A DNA stretch of 64,000 nt from Chloroflexota bacterium (GTDB lineage Bacteria > Chloroflexota > Dormibacteria > DASZGP01): the NCBI GenBank assembly GCA_034666405.1, contig JAXDLW010000047.1:79579-143578 (forward strand). Direction: 5' to 3'. Below are positions 27,398-37,715 of the stretch, piece by piece. Below the pieces are notes generated by a model that was given only the letters and a program-made list of their open reading frames with translations, was not told the origin of the DNA and did no database searches. Position 1 is the first letter of the stretch, and every line of letters begins with the position of its first letter. The position numbers and the translations under genes were made by a program.

Positions 27398-28009
27398 CTA
27401 CTTGGCGCCCTTCAGGTTCTCGTTGACCTGGTCCCAGTTGATGAGGTTCCAGAAGGCGGCGATGTACTCTGGCCGGCGGTTCTGGTACTTCAGGTAGTAG
27501 GCATGCTCCCAGACGTCGATGCCCATGATCGGGGTCTTGCCGTCCATGAGCGGTGAGTTCTGGTTGGGCAGGCTGATCACCGCCAGCTTGCCACCGTCGA
27601 CCACGACCCATGCCCAGCCGCTGCCGAAATGGTTGGCAGCCGCGGCGTTGAACTTCTCCTTGAAGGCGTTGAAGTCCCCGAACGCGTCCTTGATGCCGTC
27701 GGCAACGTCGCCGTCGGGCTCGCCGCCGGCGTCCTTGGCGAGGATCTTCCACCACAGCGAGTGGTTGGCGTGGCCGCCGCCGTGGTTGGTGACCGCGGTC
27801 TTGATGCCGTCCGGCACCTTGCCGATGTTGCGGAGCAGGTCCTCCACGGACTCGCCCTCGGGGACGGCGTGGCCCTCGAGGGCGGCGTTCAGCTTGTCGA
27901 CGTAGGTCTGGTGGTGCTTGGTGTGGTGGATCTCCATGGTCTGCGCGTCGAAGTGGGGCTCCAGCGCGTCATATCCATAGGGCAGCTTCGGAAGTTCGTA
28001 CTTGGCCAT
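27398..28009 (-). CDS. sodA: Fe/Mn superoxide dismutase
   Basis: Metal ligands and signature [14 protein letters not shown]. 203 aa. Confidence 0.93.
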   Translation of the reverse strand: MAKYELPKLPYGYDALEPHFDAQTMEIHHTKHHQTYVDKLNAALEGHAVPEGESVEDLLRNIGKVPDGIKTAVTNHGGGHANHSLWWKILAKDAGGEPDGDVADGIKDAFGDFNAFKEKFNAAAANHFGSGWAWVVVDGGKLAVISLPNQNSPLMDGKTPIMGIDVWEHAYYLKYQNRRPEYIAAFWNLINWDQVNENLKGAK

Positions 28010-28158
28010 GGCTCATCCTCCTAGATGGGTGATTCCCTGTTCCACCGGTTGAAACCGATACTTCCCCGCCGCTGTTCCCCGATTCTAAGTTCGCGCGAGA
28101 ATCGCAGGAGTCGCGTAGCGACGCACTCGACGCCCGCCCCGGCCGTTCAGCGGCCGTG

Positions 28159-29592
28159 CTAGTGGAGGGCGGGTTTGCCCTCCAGCCACAGCGGCAAAGC
28201 ATTCACCAGCTGTTCCGGGCGGGCCTGCGACTTGACGACGTACTCGATCGCCCCGAGCTGCAGCGCGCGCTGGATCAGGGGCGGCTCCATGTAGTTGGAG
28301 AGCACCACCACCGGCGTTGCCTCGGTCTCCGGGTTGGCGCGCAGCGTCTGCAGCACCATCAGCCCGTTCATCTTCGGCATCATGACGTCGAGCAGGATCA
28401 GCGAGGGGAGCAGCGCGGTGGCCATGTCCACGCCCTCGACGCCATCGTGGGCGTTCTCCACCTTGTAGCCCTTCGCCGAGAAGAGGATGTTGTAGAACTT
28501 GGCGATCCGCTCGTCGTCCTCGATGATCAGGATCAGCGGGGGGCCCTCGCGCTCTGAGGCCGGCACGGCGGCCACGGCCCCCGCGGCGGCGGCCTCGACC
28601 ACCGGCGGCTCGGGCACGGCGGGCGGCTCCGGGAGGACCACGGGCTCCTCGACGGGCGCCGCAGGCGGGGAGACGATTGCCGCGAAGGGCGCCGCGAGTG
28701 CCGGCGGGATCGCCGCCGGGGCGGGCTCAGGCTCGGGCTCGGGCTCGGGCTCGGCAGCGGGCGGCTCGGACGTCGCGAAGGGCGCCAGCGCGTCGGCCGG
28801 GGTGGCCGCGGCCTCGATGGGGAGCGCGGGCTCGGGTTCGGGCGGGATGACCACCGGGGGCAGGGGCTCGACCCGCGGGGGCTCCGGGGCGACGGGCGGC
28901 GGCGGTGGCTCGAGCGGCGGCCGGACCACCGGGGCGGCGGCCGGGGCCGGAGCGGCCGGGCTGGAGCTGGTCCAGGGGGACATCGGCGACGCCGGGTACG
29001 AGGCGTCCGGGGCGGGGATCGCCTCTGGCCGCGGCGCCGGTGCGGTGATCGGGGGCAGAACGGGGGGTGGCGCCGGCGTCAACGGCGCGGTCACTGGCGG
29101 CGCCGCTGCCGGGGCAGCGCTGACGGGGGCGGGCGCGGGCGCGACCGGGGCGGGCGGCGGCGGCGCGGCAACGGCGGCGGGCGCGCCGGTCGGGCTTCGG
29201 AACGGCGTCGGCTGCGCGCTGTAGATCTCGCGGGGTCCGTCCGGGGCAGGATCGACGTCGGTGCTCAGGGGCATGGGCGCGGGGGCGATTCGGTCTTCGA
29301 CCTCGTCCTTGCTCCTGCGGCGGCTGCCCAGGCGCGTGGCCAGGATGAGCACGACCAGCAGCACCGCCAGCCCGATCAGGACGAAGTAGAGCGGGTTCGA
29401 GGCAACGGCCGTCGTCGCGGCGGGCGCCGGCGAAGCGGCCGAGGTGGCTCCCGGCGAGGGAGTCACGGCCAGGATGATTCCAGTCACGAGCGACATGTAG
29501 TGGTACATGGTAAACGGCAGACCCTCGTTGCAGACGGCAACCGCCAATTCGCCGCCCGAGCCCCGTTCATATAATGATTGCCGCTGCGTCAC
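28159..29592 (-). CDS. membrane-anchored Pro/Ala/Glu-rich protein with a C-terminal receiver domain
   Basis: N-terminal TM helices, then a long PAPxP / PEPEPEPEP low-complexity linker, then a receiver domain (LILIIEDDE...LILLDVMMPKMNG...VVVLSNY...AIEYVVKS). Confidence 0.65.
   Translation of the reverse strand: MTQRQSLYERGSGGELAVAVCNEGLPFTMYHYMSLVTGIILAVTPSPGATSAASPAPAATTAVASNPLYFVLIGLAVLLVVLILATRLGSRRRSKDEVEDRIAPAPMPLSTDVDPAPDGPREIYSAQPTPFRSPTGAPAAVAAPPPPAPVAPAPAPVSAAPAAAPPVTAPLTPAPPPVLPPITAPAPRPEAIPAPDASYPASPMSPWTSSSPAAPAPAAAPVVRPPLEPPPPPVAPEPPRVEPLPPVVIPPEPEPALPIEAAATPADALAPFATSEPPAAEPEPEPEPEPAPAAIPPALAAPFAAIVSPPAAPVEEPVVLPEPPAVPEPPVVEAAAAGAVAAVPASEREGPPLILIIEDDERIAKFYNILFSAKGYKVENAHDGVEGVDMATALLPSLILLDVMMPKMNGLMVLQTLRANPETEATPVVVLSNYMEPPLIQRALQLGAIEYVVKSQARPEQLVNALPLWLEGKPALH
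28723..28756. repeat. tandem hexanucleotide repeat (GGGCTC)n encoding PEPEPEP
   Basis: gggctcaggctcgggctcgggctcgggctcggc, directly visible in the sequence. Confidence 0.8.
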
Positions 29593-29618
29593 CCGGACGA
29601 CCCGGTGCGCGTCAACGT

Positions 29619-29695
29619 GGCCCGTTCGTCTAGAGGCCTAGGACACCGCCCTCTCAAGGCGGAGATCAGCGGTTCGAATCCGCTACGGGCTACCA
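29619..29695 (+). tRNA. tRNA-Glu (anticodon CTC)
   Basis: Near-identical architecture to E. coli tRNA-Glu (GTCTAGAGGCCTAGGACACCGCC-CTCTCAA-GGCGG). T-arm AGCGG-TTCGAAT-CCGCT. CCA encoded. Confidence 0.85.
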
Positions 29696-29718
29696 AGCCT
29701 CACGACCAGGGGGACAAG

Positions 29719-31155
29719 ACGATGGCGCCGGCCCACGATCTGACCTTCACCCCGGCGGCCGAACTGGTGCGCCGGATGGCCTCCCGGGAGATCTCCCCCG
29801 TGGAGCTCGTCGACGCCTGCCTCGCGAGGATCGAGGCGCTCAACCCGCAGGTCAACGCCTTCATCCTGGTGCTGGCCGACGAGGCGAGGGCCGCCGCCCG
29901 GGACAGTGAGGCGCGGATCGCGAGGAACGAGGCGAGGCCCCTGGAGGGCCTGCCCATCCCCATCAAGGACATCGCCCTGGTGGCCGGCACCCCCGCCACG
30001 CTCGGCTCCCGGATGTCGCCCGACTTCCCAATCCCGTTCGACTCTGAGTCGGTGGCGCGCCTGCGCCGGGCGGGCGCCGTGATCATCGGCAAGACCCACA
30101 TGCCCGAGCTCGGCTCGACGGTGGCAAGCGTCAGCGAGCGCTTCGGCGCCACCCGCAATCCCTGGAATTTGGAGCACTCCCCGGGCGGCTCCAGCAGTGG
30201 CGCCGCGGCCGCTGTCGCCTCCGGGATGGTGCCGGTCGCCCACGGCGCGGACGGTGGCGGGAGCTTGCGCATCCCGGCCTCCTGGACCGGCCTTTTCACA
30301 ATCAAGCCCACGCGCGGACGTGTCAGCGAGGAGCCCCTCGGTGACGTAACCGGCCTGCTGATCCAGGGCTTCATCACGCGGACCGTGATGGACAACGCCC
30401 TGCTGCTCGACCAGGTTCAGGGGTACGCCCGCGGCGACCGCTATTGGTGCTCGCCGCTGGAGCGCCCATTCACCGAGGAGGTCGGGGCCGACCCGGGGAA
30501 ACTGCGGATCGGCTGGACGCTCAAGCCGCCCTACCCCACCCCGGTCGACCCGGCGTGCGCGGCGGCGGTGGAGCGGGCTGTCGCAATCCTCACCGACCTG
30601 GGCCACGACGTCGAGGCGCACGACCCGGACTGGGCTGACGAGGAGGCGGCCGAAATCTTCCTCAACATCTGGCGGGCCCAGTTCGGTTACGCCGTGGATG
30701 CCCTCGCCCGCTTCGGCCTCGACCCCTCACTGCTGGAGCCCCACAGCCACGCACTGTGGGAGCAATCCAAGCAGATCACGGCGTCCGACTACCTCTCCGC
30801 GGTGGGTCGCAGCCACGACATGCTGAAGCGACTGGACGAGAGCTTCCAGAAGTACGACGTGATCCTCTCGCCGACGACCGCCCTCCCGCCGCCAACCGTG
30901 GGATGGCTGTTCGAGGACGCCGCGACCGATCCGCTGTCCCCCCTGATCCCGCGCTCGGCGATGGCGGCGCCCTTCACCGCGCTCTTCAACATCACCGGTC
31001 AACCGGCCGCCAGCTGGCCGCTGGGCTGGACCGTGGACGGCCTCCCGGTGGGCGTGCAGGCCGCCGGCCAGATGGGTGACGAGGCGACCCTCTTCAGGCT
31101 CAGCGCACAGGTCGAGCAGGCCGCGCCCTGGGCGGACAGGCGCCCGGTCCTCTAG
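29719..31155 (+). CDS. amidase-signature family amidase (GatA-like)
   Basis: AS signature GGSSSGAAAAVASGMVPVAHGADGGGSLRIPAS with the Ser-cisSer-Lys triad context. Start at MAPAHDL, 23 nt after the tRNA. Confidence 0.8.
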   Translation, partial: TMAPAHDLTFTPAAELVRRMASREISPVELVDACLARIEALNPQVNAFILVLADEARAAARDSEARIARNEARPLEGLPIPIKDIALVAGTPATLGSRMSPDFPIPFDSESVARLRRAGAVIIGKTHMPELGSTVASVSERFGATRNPWNLEHSPGGSSSGAAAAVASGMVPVAHGADGGGSLRIPASWTGLFTIKPTRGRVSEEPLGDVTGLLIQGFITRTVMDNALLLDQVQGYARGDRYWCSPLERPFTEEVGADPGKLRIGWTLKPPYPTPVDPACAAAVERAVAILTDLGHDVEAHDPDWADEEAAEIFLNIWRAQFGYAVDALARFGLDPSLLEPHSHALWEQSKQITASDYLSAVGRSHDMLKRLDESFQKYDVILSPTTALPPPTVGWLFEDAATDPLSPLIPRSAMAAPFTALFNITGQPAASWPLGWTVDGLPVGVQAAGQMGDEATLFRLSAQVEQAAPWADRRPVL

Positions 31156-31170
31156 CCGGGTTAAGGTCCC

Positions 31171-32079
31171 CTATCGCGCCCCGCGATGGGCCCGGATCGC
31201 GCTGACGATCTCACGCGTCGCCCGCGACTTGTTGAGCGTGAAGAAGTGGATCCCGGGGACCCCGGCCTCGAGCAACTCCAGTGACTGCGCGGTGCTGTGG
31301 GCAACCCCGATCTCGACCACCGCGTCGGGATCGTCACCGCGGGAGTCAAGCTCCCGGCGCAGGTAGTCGGGCAGCGTGGCGCCCGAGAGCTCGGTCATGC
31401 GCACGATCCCGTCGCGGTTGATGATCGGCATCAGGCCCGGCACGACCGGCACAGTGATGCCGGCGGCCCGCACCCGGGTGATGAAGTCCTGCCAGCACCC
31501 GTTGTCGTGGAAGAGCTGGGTGATGAGGAAGTCAGCCCCGGCGTCGACCTTCTCCTTGAGGTGGCGGATATCGGTATCGGGGTCGCCCGACTCGCTGTGG
31601 GTCTCGGGGTAGCAGGCCGCGCCGACGCAGAAGTTGTAGCCCTGCTCGCGGATCAGGGTGATCAGCTCGACGGCGTGCTCGAAGCCCCCCTCGTGGCGGA
31701 CGAAAGAGCCGGCGCCGCCGGGGGGATCGCCGCGCAGCGCCAGCACGTTCTCCGCGCCCTCGTTCGCCAACCTGTCGAGCACCCGGATGAGGTCATTGCG
31801 CCCCTGGGCGCTGCACGTCACGTGGGCCATCGCCTCGATGCCCGCCTCCTCTCGGATTCGGCTGGTGACGTCGAGGGTCAGGTCCCGCCGGCGCTGGATC
31901 TCGGGATCGGGCGTCGGGGTGGCGCTACCCGGGTAGGTGCATGACACGAACCCCGGCTGCAGCGGGCCGAGCTCGACCACTGTGCGGAACAGCGCATCCA
32001 CACCCGCCGCGGTGTGCGGCGGGAAGAACTCGAAGGAGAAACAGGGCTCGTCGCCCTGCAGGCGGTCGATGATGCGCAC
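31171..32079 (-). CDS. metF: 5,10-methylenetetrahydrofolate reductase
   Basis: MetF motifs FSFEFFPP and ITQLFHD. TIM-barrel length 302 aa. Confidence 0.88.
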   Translation of the reverse strand: MRIIDRLQGDEPCFSFEFFPPHTAAGVDALFRTVVELGPLQPGFVSCTYPGSATPTPDPEIQRRRDLTLDVTSRIREEAGIEAMAHVTCSAQGRNDLIRVLDRLANEGAENVLALRGDPPGGAGSFVRHEGGFEHAVELITLIREQGYNFCVGAACYPETHSESGDPDTDIRHLKEKVDAGADFLITQLFHDNGCWQDFITRVRAAGITVPVVPGLMPIINRDGIVRMTELSGATLPDYLRRELDSRGDDPDAVVEIGVAHSTAQSLELLEAGVPGIHFFTLNKSRATREIVSAIRAHRGAR

Positions 32080-32136
32080 GGGCCAAGATTAGGACCGTTC
32101 CCCCATCCTCGACCACCTGCTAACGTCCGAACTCGC

Positions 32137-32505
32137 GTGGCAGACATAGTTCTGGTGGAGGACAACGAAGCGCTGGCGAAGGCTTTCGCGCTGGGACTCG
32201 AGCACAGCGGCCACCTCGTGCGGGTCGCGCACGGCGAACCGGACCTGCGCAAGGAGCTTGCCGTCAAGCACCCGGACCTGATCCTGCTCGATGTCGGGCT
32301 CCCGGGGGTGGACGGGATCGAAATCCTGCGCGAGCTCCGCGAGGAGCCCACTACCGCGGCCATCAAGGTTGCGATCATCAGCAATTTCTCGGACCGCAAC
32401 CTGATCCACCGCGCCCTGCGACTGGATGCCCTGGACTTCATCGAAAAGGCGTCCATGACGCCGACCCTGCTGGTGGACCAGGTCCGCCGCTGGTTGGAGC
32501 GCTAG
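32137..32505 (+). CDS. single-domain response regulator (receiver)
   Basis: GTG start at VADIVLVEDNE. LILLDVGLPGVDG, VAIISNF, ALDFIEK. Confidence 0.7.
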   Translation: MADIVLVEDNEALAKAFALGLEHSGHLVRVAHGEPDLRKELAVKHPDLILLDVGLPGVDGIEILRELREEPTTAAIKVAIISNFSDRNLIHRALRLDALDFIEKASMTPTLLVDQVRRWLER

Positions 32506-33875
32506 CCGGCCACCGTCTCGGCCAGCGGCGCGTGGCGCGGCCACGGGCGCAGCTCCTCCAGCTGGGCGGAGATCGATAGGACCATCTCCTCCCCGCCCCG
32601 GGGGGCGACCACCTGCACGCCGAGTGGGAAGCCATCCGCAGTCAAACCAGCCGGGATCGACGCCGCCGGGAAACCGGCAATGTTCCAGGCCTGGGTCATG
32701 GGGGCCTGCCGCGAGCCCATGCCCAGGAACTTGATCCAGTTCACGTCGAGCCAGCCCGCCGCGGGGGCATGAGGCATGGCGGTGGTCGGGGCGATCAGCG
32801 CGTCGTACTCGCTGAACCATGCCGTGAACCGGGCCCGCCAGGGCTCCAGCCCGTCTGGGGGGACGGGGCGGTGCTTGAGGAAGTAGCGGCCCAGGCGGAC
32901 CAGCCGTTGGGTCCGCGGCTCGAGGCGGTCGAAACGCATGTTCCGCTGCTCGACCTCGTCCGCGATGCCGGCGGCAAACCGGTGCAGGTACGCCATCGCG
33001 ATGCGCTGGCCGTACGGGGGGTCGGCGATGGTCACCTGGTGGCCGGCCCCGCGGAGCGCGTCGACGGTCGCATCAACAGCCCGCCGCAGCTCCGGGTCGA
33101 CGTGGGCCAGGGGCGTCGGGGTGGCGGTCGAGACGGCGATGCGCAGACGGCCCGCCGGCGGCCGGGGGTCGCGGTAGCGCGAGGATCCGGCCAGTATGTC
33201 GAGCGTCAGGGCGGCATCGCCCACGGTCGTGGCCAGGGGCCCCCATTGGCTGAGGCCGTACCAGTGCTCCGGGAGCCCGCCGGCAACCGGCACGACTCCC
33301 GGCCCAGGCTTGATCCCGTACAGGCCGCAGTAGGCGGCCGGGATGCGGATCGAGCCGCCGCCGTCCGACGCCTGGGCGATGGGCAGCTCCGCCGAAGCCA
33401 CCGCCGCGGCGGAACCCCCACTCGAGCCGCCCGGGGAGCGCTCCAGGTTCCAGGGGTTGCGGGTCACCCCGAAGTACGACTCGGTCGCATGGATGTAGGC
33501 GAGCTCGGGCTGCCGGGTCTTGCCCATCACGATCGCGCCGGCGCGCTTCAGGCGCTTCACCAGCTCGTCGTCGGCCGGGGCCGGGGTGTCGTCTGTTGCA
33601 AGGCTGCCGAGGCGGGTGGGCTCGCCCTCGACGTCCACCGAGTCCTTGATGCCGACCGGTACCCCGGCCAGCGGCAGCTCCTTCAGCTGCTTGCTGCCGT
33701 CAAGCTCCCGCGCCTCGGCCATCGCCCGCTCGCCACGCACGCTGAGAAAGGCATGGATGACGGGCTCGGCGGCCTCGATCTGGCGCAGGTGCTCGGCAAC
33801 GATCTCCGACGGCCGGGCCCTGCCCGAGTGGACCAGCTCCGCGAGCTCCAGCGCGGGCAGCCCCACGAAGTCCAT
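32502..33875 (-). CDS. amidase-signature family amidase (paralog)
   Basis: [33 protein letters not shown]. 457 aa. Confidence 0.8.
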   Translation of the reverse strand: MDFVGLPALELAELVHSGRARPSEIVAEHLRQIEAAEPVIHAFLSVRGERAMAEARELDGSKQLKELPLAGVPVGIKDSVDVEGEPTRLGSLATDDTPAPADDELVKRLKRAGAIVMGKTRQPELAYIHATESYFGVTRNPWNLERSPGGSSGGSAAAVASAELPIAQASDGGGSIRIPAAYCGLYGIKPGPGVVPVAGGLPEHWYGLSQWGPLATTVGDAALTLDILAGSSRYRDPRPPAGRLRIAVSTATPTPLAHVDPELRRAVDATVDALRGAGHQVTIADPPYGQRIAMAYLHRFAAGIADEVEQRNMRFDRLEPRTQRLVRLGRYFLKHRPVPPDGLEPWRARFTAWFSEYDALIAPTTAMPHAPAAGWLDVNWIKFLGMGSRQAPMTQAWNIAGFPAASIPAGLTADGFPLGVQVVAPRGGEEMVLSISAQLEELRPWPRHAPLAETVAG

Positions 33876-34738
33876 CAGCCGGCCTCCGCCGCCGGCCGGG
33901 GCGCGGGGACGTCGCGGACGGGCTGGACGCCCAGCTCGGGAAAGCGCCGGCGCAGCGCGATCAGCCCGGGCACCACGAGCACGAGCATCCCGATTGCCGT
34001 GAGCTGGGCCTGTTTGAGCCCGAACGCCACCACCGGCTCCGTCGACCGCAGGTAGAAGAGCAGGAACTGGCTCACCGCGTAGGCAGCGATGTAAACGATG
34101 ATCAGGCTGCCCGCGGGGGGCCGGCGTGACACCAGGTACATGACCAGCGCAAACAGCAACAGCGCCACCAGCAGTTCGTACGCGCCGGCCGGCTGGTAGG
34201 CCACGCCGAGCGCGGGGGCGAAAGTGTGGGGGTTGGTGTAGCGCGTCGCCCAGGGCAGGTTGGACGCCGGGCCGAGGATGTCGCCGTTGATGATGTTGCC
34301 GATGCGGCCGATCGCCTGGGGCAGCGTGGCGAAGACCGCCCCGGCGTCAAGCGTCACCCACACCGGGAGCCCGCGGCGGTAGGCGAAGACCGCGATCGTC
34401 AGGCACCCCGTGATGACCGCGCCGAAGAACGCCATCCCACCCTTCCAGACGGCGATGATCTCGAGTGGGTTGCGCAGGTAGTCGCCCAGGTTCGGCTGCT
34501 GCAGGACAAAGTAGAGCCGGCCCCCCAGCAGGCCGAATCCGATCGTCCACCACAGCCCGTCGCTGATGTCCCGGGCGCTGAAGCCCCGCGGCACCAGGTA
34601 GCGGCTGACGAGCTGGGCACCCACGGTGAACGCGACCACGTAGGCGATCCCATACCAGTGAATCCCAAAGCTCCCCAGGCGGAAGATCACGGGGTCGACG
34701 GGAATGGTGATCGCGGCCAGCACAGCAGGAATCATGCC
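33875..34738 (-). CDS. lgt: prolipoprotein diacylglyceryl transferase
   Basis: GIHWYGIAYVVAF, G-rich loop, multi-TM. Real start MIPAVLAAIT, internal to the junk-extended ORF 33875..35686. Confidence 0.85.
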   Translation of the reverse strand, partial: GMIPAVLAAITIPVDPVIFRLGSFGIHWYGIAYVVAFTVGAQLVSRYLVPRGFSARDISDGLWWTIGFGLLGGRLYFVLQQPNLGDYLRNPLEIIAVWKGGMAFFGAVITGCLTIAVFAYRRGLPVWVTLDAGAVFATLPQAIGRIGNIINGDILGPASNLPWATRYTNPHTFAPALGVAYQPAGAYELLVALLLFALVMYLVSRRPPAGSLIIVYIAAYAVSQFLLFYLRSTEPVVAFGLKQAQLTAIGMLVLVVPGLIALRRRFPELGVQPVRDVPAPRPAAEAG

Positions 34739-35631
34739 ACCGGTCCGCTCGCGGCCGGCAGGGTCGCACCGGGGCGCCGCGCGGTGATGAAGAACACGCC
34801 GCCGAGGATCAGCACAAGGGCGACGAGGACGGCGGGAGAGGGGCGCTCGTGGAGCAGGAACACGCCCCAGACCAGGGCCATCGGCGGGATCAGGTAGGTC
34901 ACGACGATGGTGCGCCCGGCGCCAACCCTCTGGATCAACCCGAACGACAGCACCATCGCCAGCCCGGTGGCGCCGACACCCAGCCAGAGCGTCGCGCCGA
35001 GGGACCCGAGCGACGGCACGTGCGCGGGGTGGCTGACGATCAGCAGGGGCGCCAGCAGGAGCGCGGCGCCCGCGCATTGCAGGAATGCCGGGACGGAGGC
35101 GGGCACGTCCTCGAATGCGCGCTTCGAGAAGTGGGTGGCGATGGCGTAGGCGAGGGTGGCGGCGATGACCGCCAGCACGCCGAGGAAGTTGGAGTTCAGG
35201 ACATTGCCGGTGGGCCGCGCCAGGATCACAACACCGGCGAACCCCAACGCCAGCCCGATCCCCTGCCGGGGATGGAGCTGCTCCGCCTCGGCAAAGAGCG
35301 GGGCCAGGAGGGCGGTCCAGAGCGGGGCCGTGGCGTTCAGGATCCCGGCGAGCGAGCTGTCGATGTACTGCTCGCTGGAGGCGATCAAAACGTAGGGCAG
35401 GGCGGCGTTCAACACCGCGATCACGAGGCCCTGCTTCCACATGCGCGCCACCTGCCGCCAGGAGACGCGGGTGAGCGCGATCCAGGCACCCAGGGCAAGG
35501 GCGGCCGACAGGGTCCTGAGGAACACCATGGAGACCGGCGGGATGTCGTGCACCGCGATCTTGATGAACACGAACGAGGCGCCCCAGATCCCCGCGAGGG
35601 CCACCAGCATGAGGTAGTCGTCGCGGTCCAC
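34732..35631 (-). CDS. EamA/DMT family transporter
   Basis: 10-TM protein with two EamA-like halves. Start uncertain (GTG 35631 / ATG 35610). Confidence 0.65.
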   Translation of the reverse strand: MDRDDYLMLVALAGIWGASFVFIKIAVHDIPPVSMVFLRTLSAALALGAWIALTRVSWRQVARMWKQGLVIAVLNAALPYVLIASSEQYIDSSLAGILNATAPLWTALLAPLFAEAEQLHPRQGIGLALGFAGVVILARPTGNVLNSNFLGVLAVIAATLAYAIATHFSKRAFEDVPASVPAFLQCAGAALLLAPLLIVSHPAHVPSLGSLGATLWLGVGATGLAMVLSFGLIQRVGAGRTIVVTYLIPPMALVWGVFLLHERPSPAVLVALVLILGGVFFITARRPGATLPAASGPVA

Positions 35632-35784
35632 TCCTAAGCCTAGCGAGGGTGCCGGGCGCCCCGATCGAACTGCCCACGGCAATCAACCGGTCGTGAAGGC
35701 ATAATCAGGGGCAGGCCAGGGCGCCTACAAGATTCAGGAGAGGAAACTCGTGGAGAGAATCGGCGGGGTGCCCGTGGCGGCTTC

Positions 35785-36738
35785 GTGAGCAACCCCATGA
35801 TCACGTTCGACAGGGTCACCAAGCGGTTTGGCGACTCCCTCGCGGTCAACGAGCTGAGCCTGGACATCGGCGAGGGCGAGATCGTCATGCTGCTGGGCCC
35901 TTCCGGCTGTGGCAAGACCACCTCGCTCAAGATGATCAACCGGCTCATCGAGCACACCAGCGGGACGATCATGGTGGACGGCCAGGACATCAGCAGGGTC
36001 GAGCCGGTGCACCTGCGCCGGTCCATCGGCTACGTGATCCAGCAGAGCGGCCTCTTCCCGCACATGACCATCGCGGACAACATCGGTACCGTGCCGCGGC
36101 TCCTGGGCTGGAAGAAGGACCGCATCCGCGAACGCGTCAGGGAGCTCCTGGACCTCGTCGGCCTGGAGCAGGCCTTCGGCAGCCGGCTTCCCAGCGAGCT
36201 GAGCGGCGGGCAGCAGCAGCGGGTCGGTGTGGCCCGCGCCCTGGCCGCCGACCCGCCCGTCCTCCTGATGGATGAGCCGTTCGGGGCACTGGACCCGATC
36301 ACCCGGCAACGGCTGCAGGAGGAATTGATCCGCCTCCAGAGTGTTGTACGGAAAACGATCATCTTCGTGAGCCATGACGTCGAGGAGGCGGTCAACGTCG
36401 GGGACCGCATCGCCCTGCTCAACGTGGGCGGAATCCTGGAACAGTTCGACACCCCGGCGGAGGTGCTGGGGCACCCCGCCAACGACTTCGTGGCCGGCTT
36501 CATGGGCAAGGACCGCCAGCTCCGGCGGCTTTCCCTCATGAGGGTCGGCGACGCGCCGCTCGTGCCCAATGGGCGGCCACATGAGGGCCTGCCGGTCGTC
36601 TCTCCCGAGGACGACCTCCGCAGTGCCCTTGACCGGCTGCTGGCCACCGGCCAGCAGGAGTTACTAGTGGAGGACGGGGACAAGCACCTAGGTTTGCTGA
36701 CCCTCGACGCCATCGTCGGTAGTGGTGAGCCAGAGTGA
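35785..36738 (+). CDS. glycine betaine/osmoprotectant ABC transporter ATP-binding protein (OpuA/OpuC type with C-terminal CBS)
   Basis: Walker A GPSGCGKTT, signature LSGGQQQRV, Walker B LLMDEP. C-terminal CBS-like domain. Confidence 0.85.
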   Translation: MSNPMITFDRVTKRFGDSLAVNELSLDIGEGEIVMLLGPSGCGKTTSLKMINRLIEHTSGTIMVDGQDISRVEPVHLRRSIGYVIQQSGLFPHMTIADNIGTVPRLLGWKKDRIRERVRELLDLVGLEQAFGSRLPSELSGGQQQRVGVARALAADPPVLLMDEPFGALDPITRQRLQEELIRLQSVVRKTIIFVSHDVEEAVNVGDRIALLNVGGILEQFDTPAEVLGHPANDFVAGFMGKDRQLRRLSLMRVGDAPLVPNGRPHEGLPVVSPEDDLRSALDRLLATGQQELLVEDGDKHLGLLTLDAIVGSGEPE

Positions 36739-36800
36739 ATGCTCGCTAAGCCGTTCGACTCATTGCGCCTGAGAACCAGGCGAAAAGGAGGACACACCTC

Positions 36801-37709
36801 GTGAGCCAGACGCGACTTATCAGAAGGGTGGTGACAGCAGTCGCCGCCATGTTCCTGCTCGCCGCATGCGGTGGCACAAGCAGTAGTACCGGTGGGACCG
36901 CGAACAAGGGCACGATCACCGTGGCCGGGTTCAACTTCTCAGAGGGCAGCATCCTCGCCAACATCTACGGGAAGGCCCTCGCCAAGAAGGGTTGGACCGT
37001 GAAGTACAAGCTGGCACTCGGCGCCCGCGAGGTTGTCGAGCCGGCCCTCGAGAAGGGTGACATCGATCTCTATCCCGGCTATGCCGCGACCGAGACCGTC
37101 TTCCTGAAGGGCACCGCAACGGCGGACGCGACCCAGACGGTTGCCACCCTCAACGGCATCCTGGCGCCCAAGAACCTCAAGGCCCTGACGCCCTCCGCGG
37201 CGCAGGACGAGAACGCCTTCGTGATGACCAAGGACGGCGCGGCCAAGTTCGGCAACCCGACCAAACTCTCGGACCTGGTGGCCAAGAACGGCCAGGTCAC
37301 GCTCGGCGGTCCGCCGGAGTGCCCGACGCGGCCGTTCTGCGAGAAGGGCCTCATGGACAAGTACGGCCTCACCTTCAAGTCCTTCAGGGCGCTGGATGCC
37401 GGCGGTCCGTTGACCAAGGCGGCGCTGGACCATGGTGACATCGACCTCGGGCTGGTCTTCTCCAGCGACGGGGCGATCAAGGCCAAGGGTTACGTCACCC
37501 TGGCCGACGACAAGGGCCTGCAAAACGCGGACAACGTCACCCCGATCGTGCGGACTGCGACCGTCAACAGCGATGCCCAGGCGGTCCTCAACGACGTCTC
37601 GTCCAAGCTGGACACCGCGACCCTGGCCGACCTGAACAAGCAGGTCGACATCGACAAGTCGGACCCCGACCAGGTGGCCCAGTCCTGGCTCAGCAGCCAC
37701 GGGTACTAG
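36801..37709 (+). CDS. osmoprotectant ABC transporter substrate-binding lipoprotein
   Basis: Lipobox LLAACGG. OpuAC/OsmX-type periplasmic binding fold, length 302 aa. Confidence 0.8.
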   Translation: MSQTRLIRRVVTAVAAMFLLAACGGTSSSTGGTANKGTITVAGFNFSEGSILANIYGKALAKKGWTVKYKLALGAREVVEPALEKGDIDLYPGYAATETVFLKGTATADATQTVATLNGILAPKNLKALTPSAAQDENAFVMTKDGAAKFGNPTKLSDLVAKNGQVTLGGPPECPTRPFCEKGLMDKYGLTFKSFRALDAGGPLTKAALDHGDIDLGLVFSSDGAIKAKGYVTLADDKGLQNADNVTPIVRTATVNSDAQAVLNDVSSKLDTATLADLNKQVDIDKSDPDQVAQSWLSSHGY

Positions 37710-37715
37710 GTCGGC

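Noticed and set aside
33875-35686. 603-aa minus ORF taken as a single gene
   Set aside because: The N-terminal 315 aa are wrong-frame (overlapping the EamA transporter gene in another frame); the real lgt begins at MIPAVL (34738).
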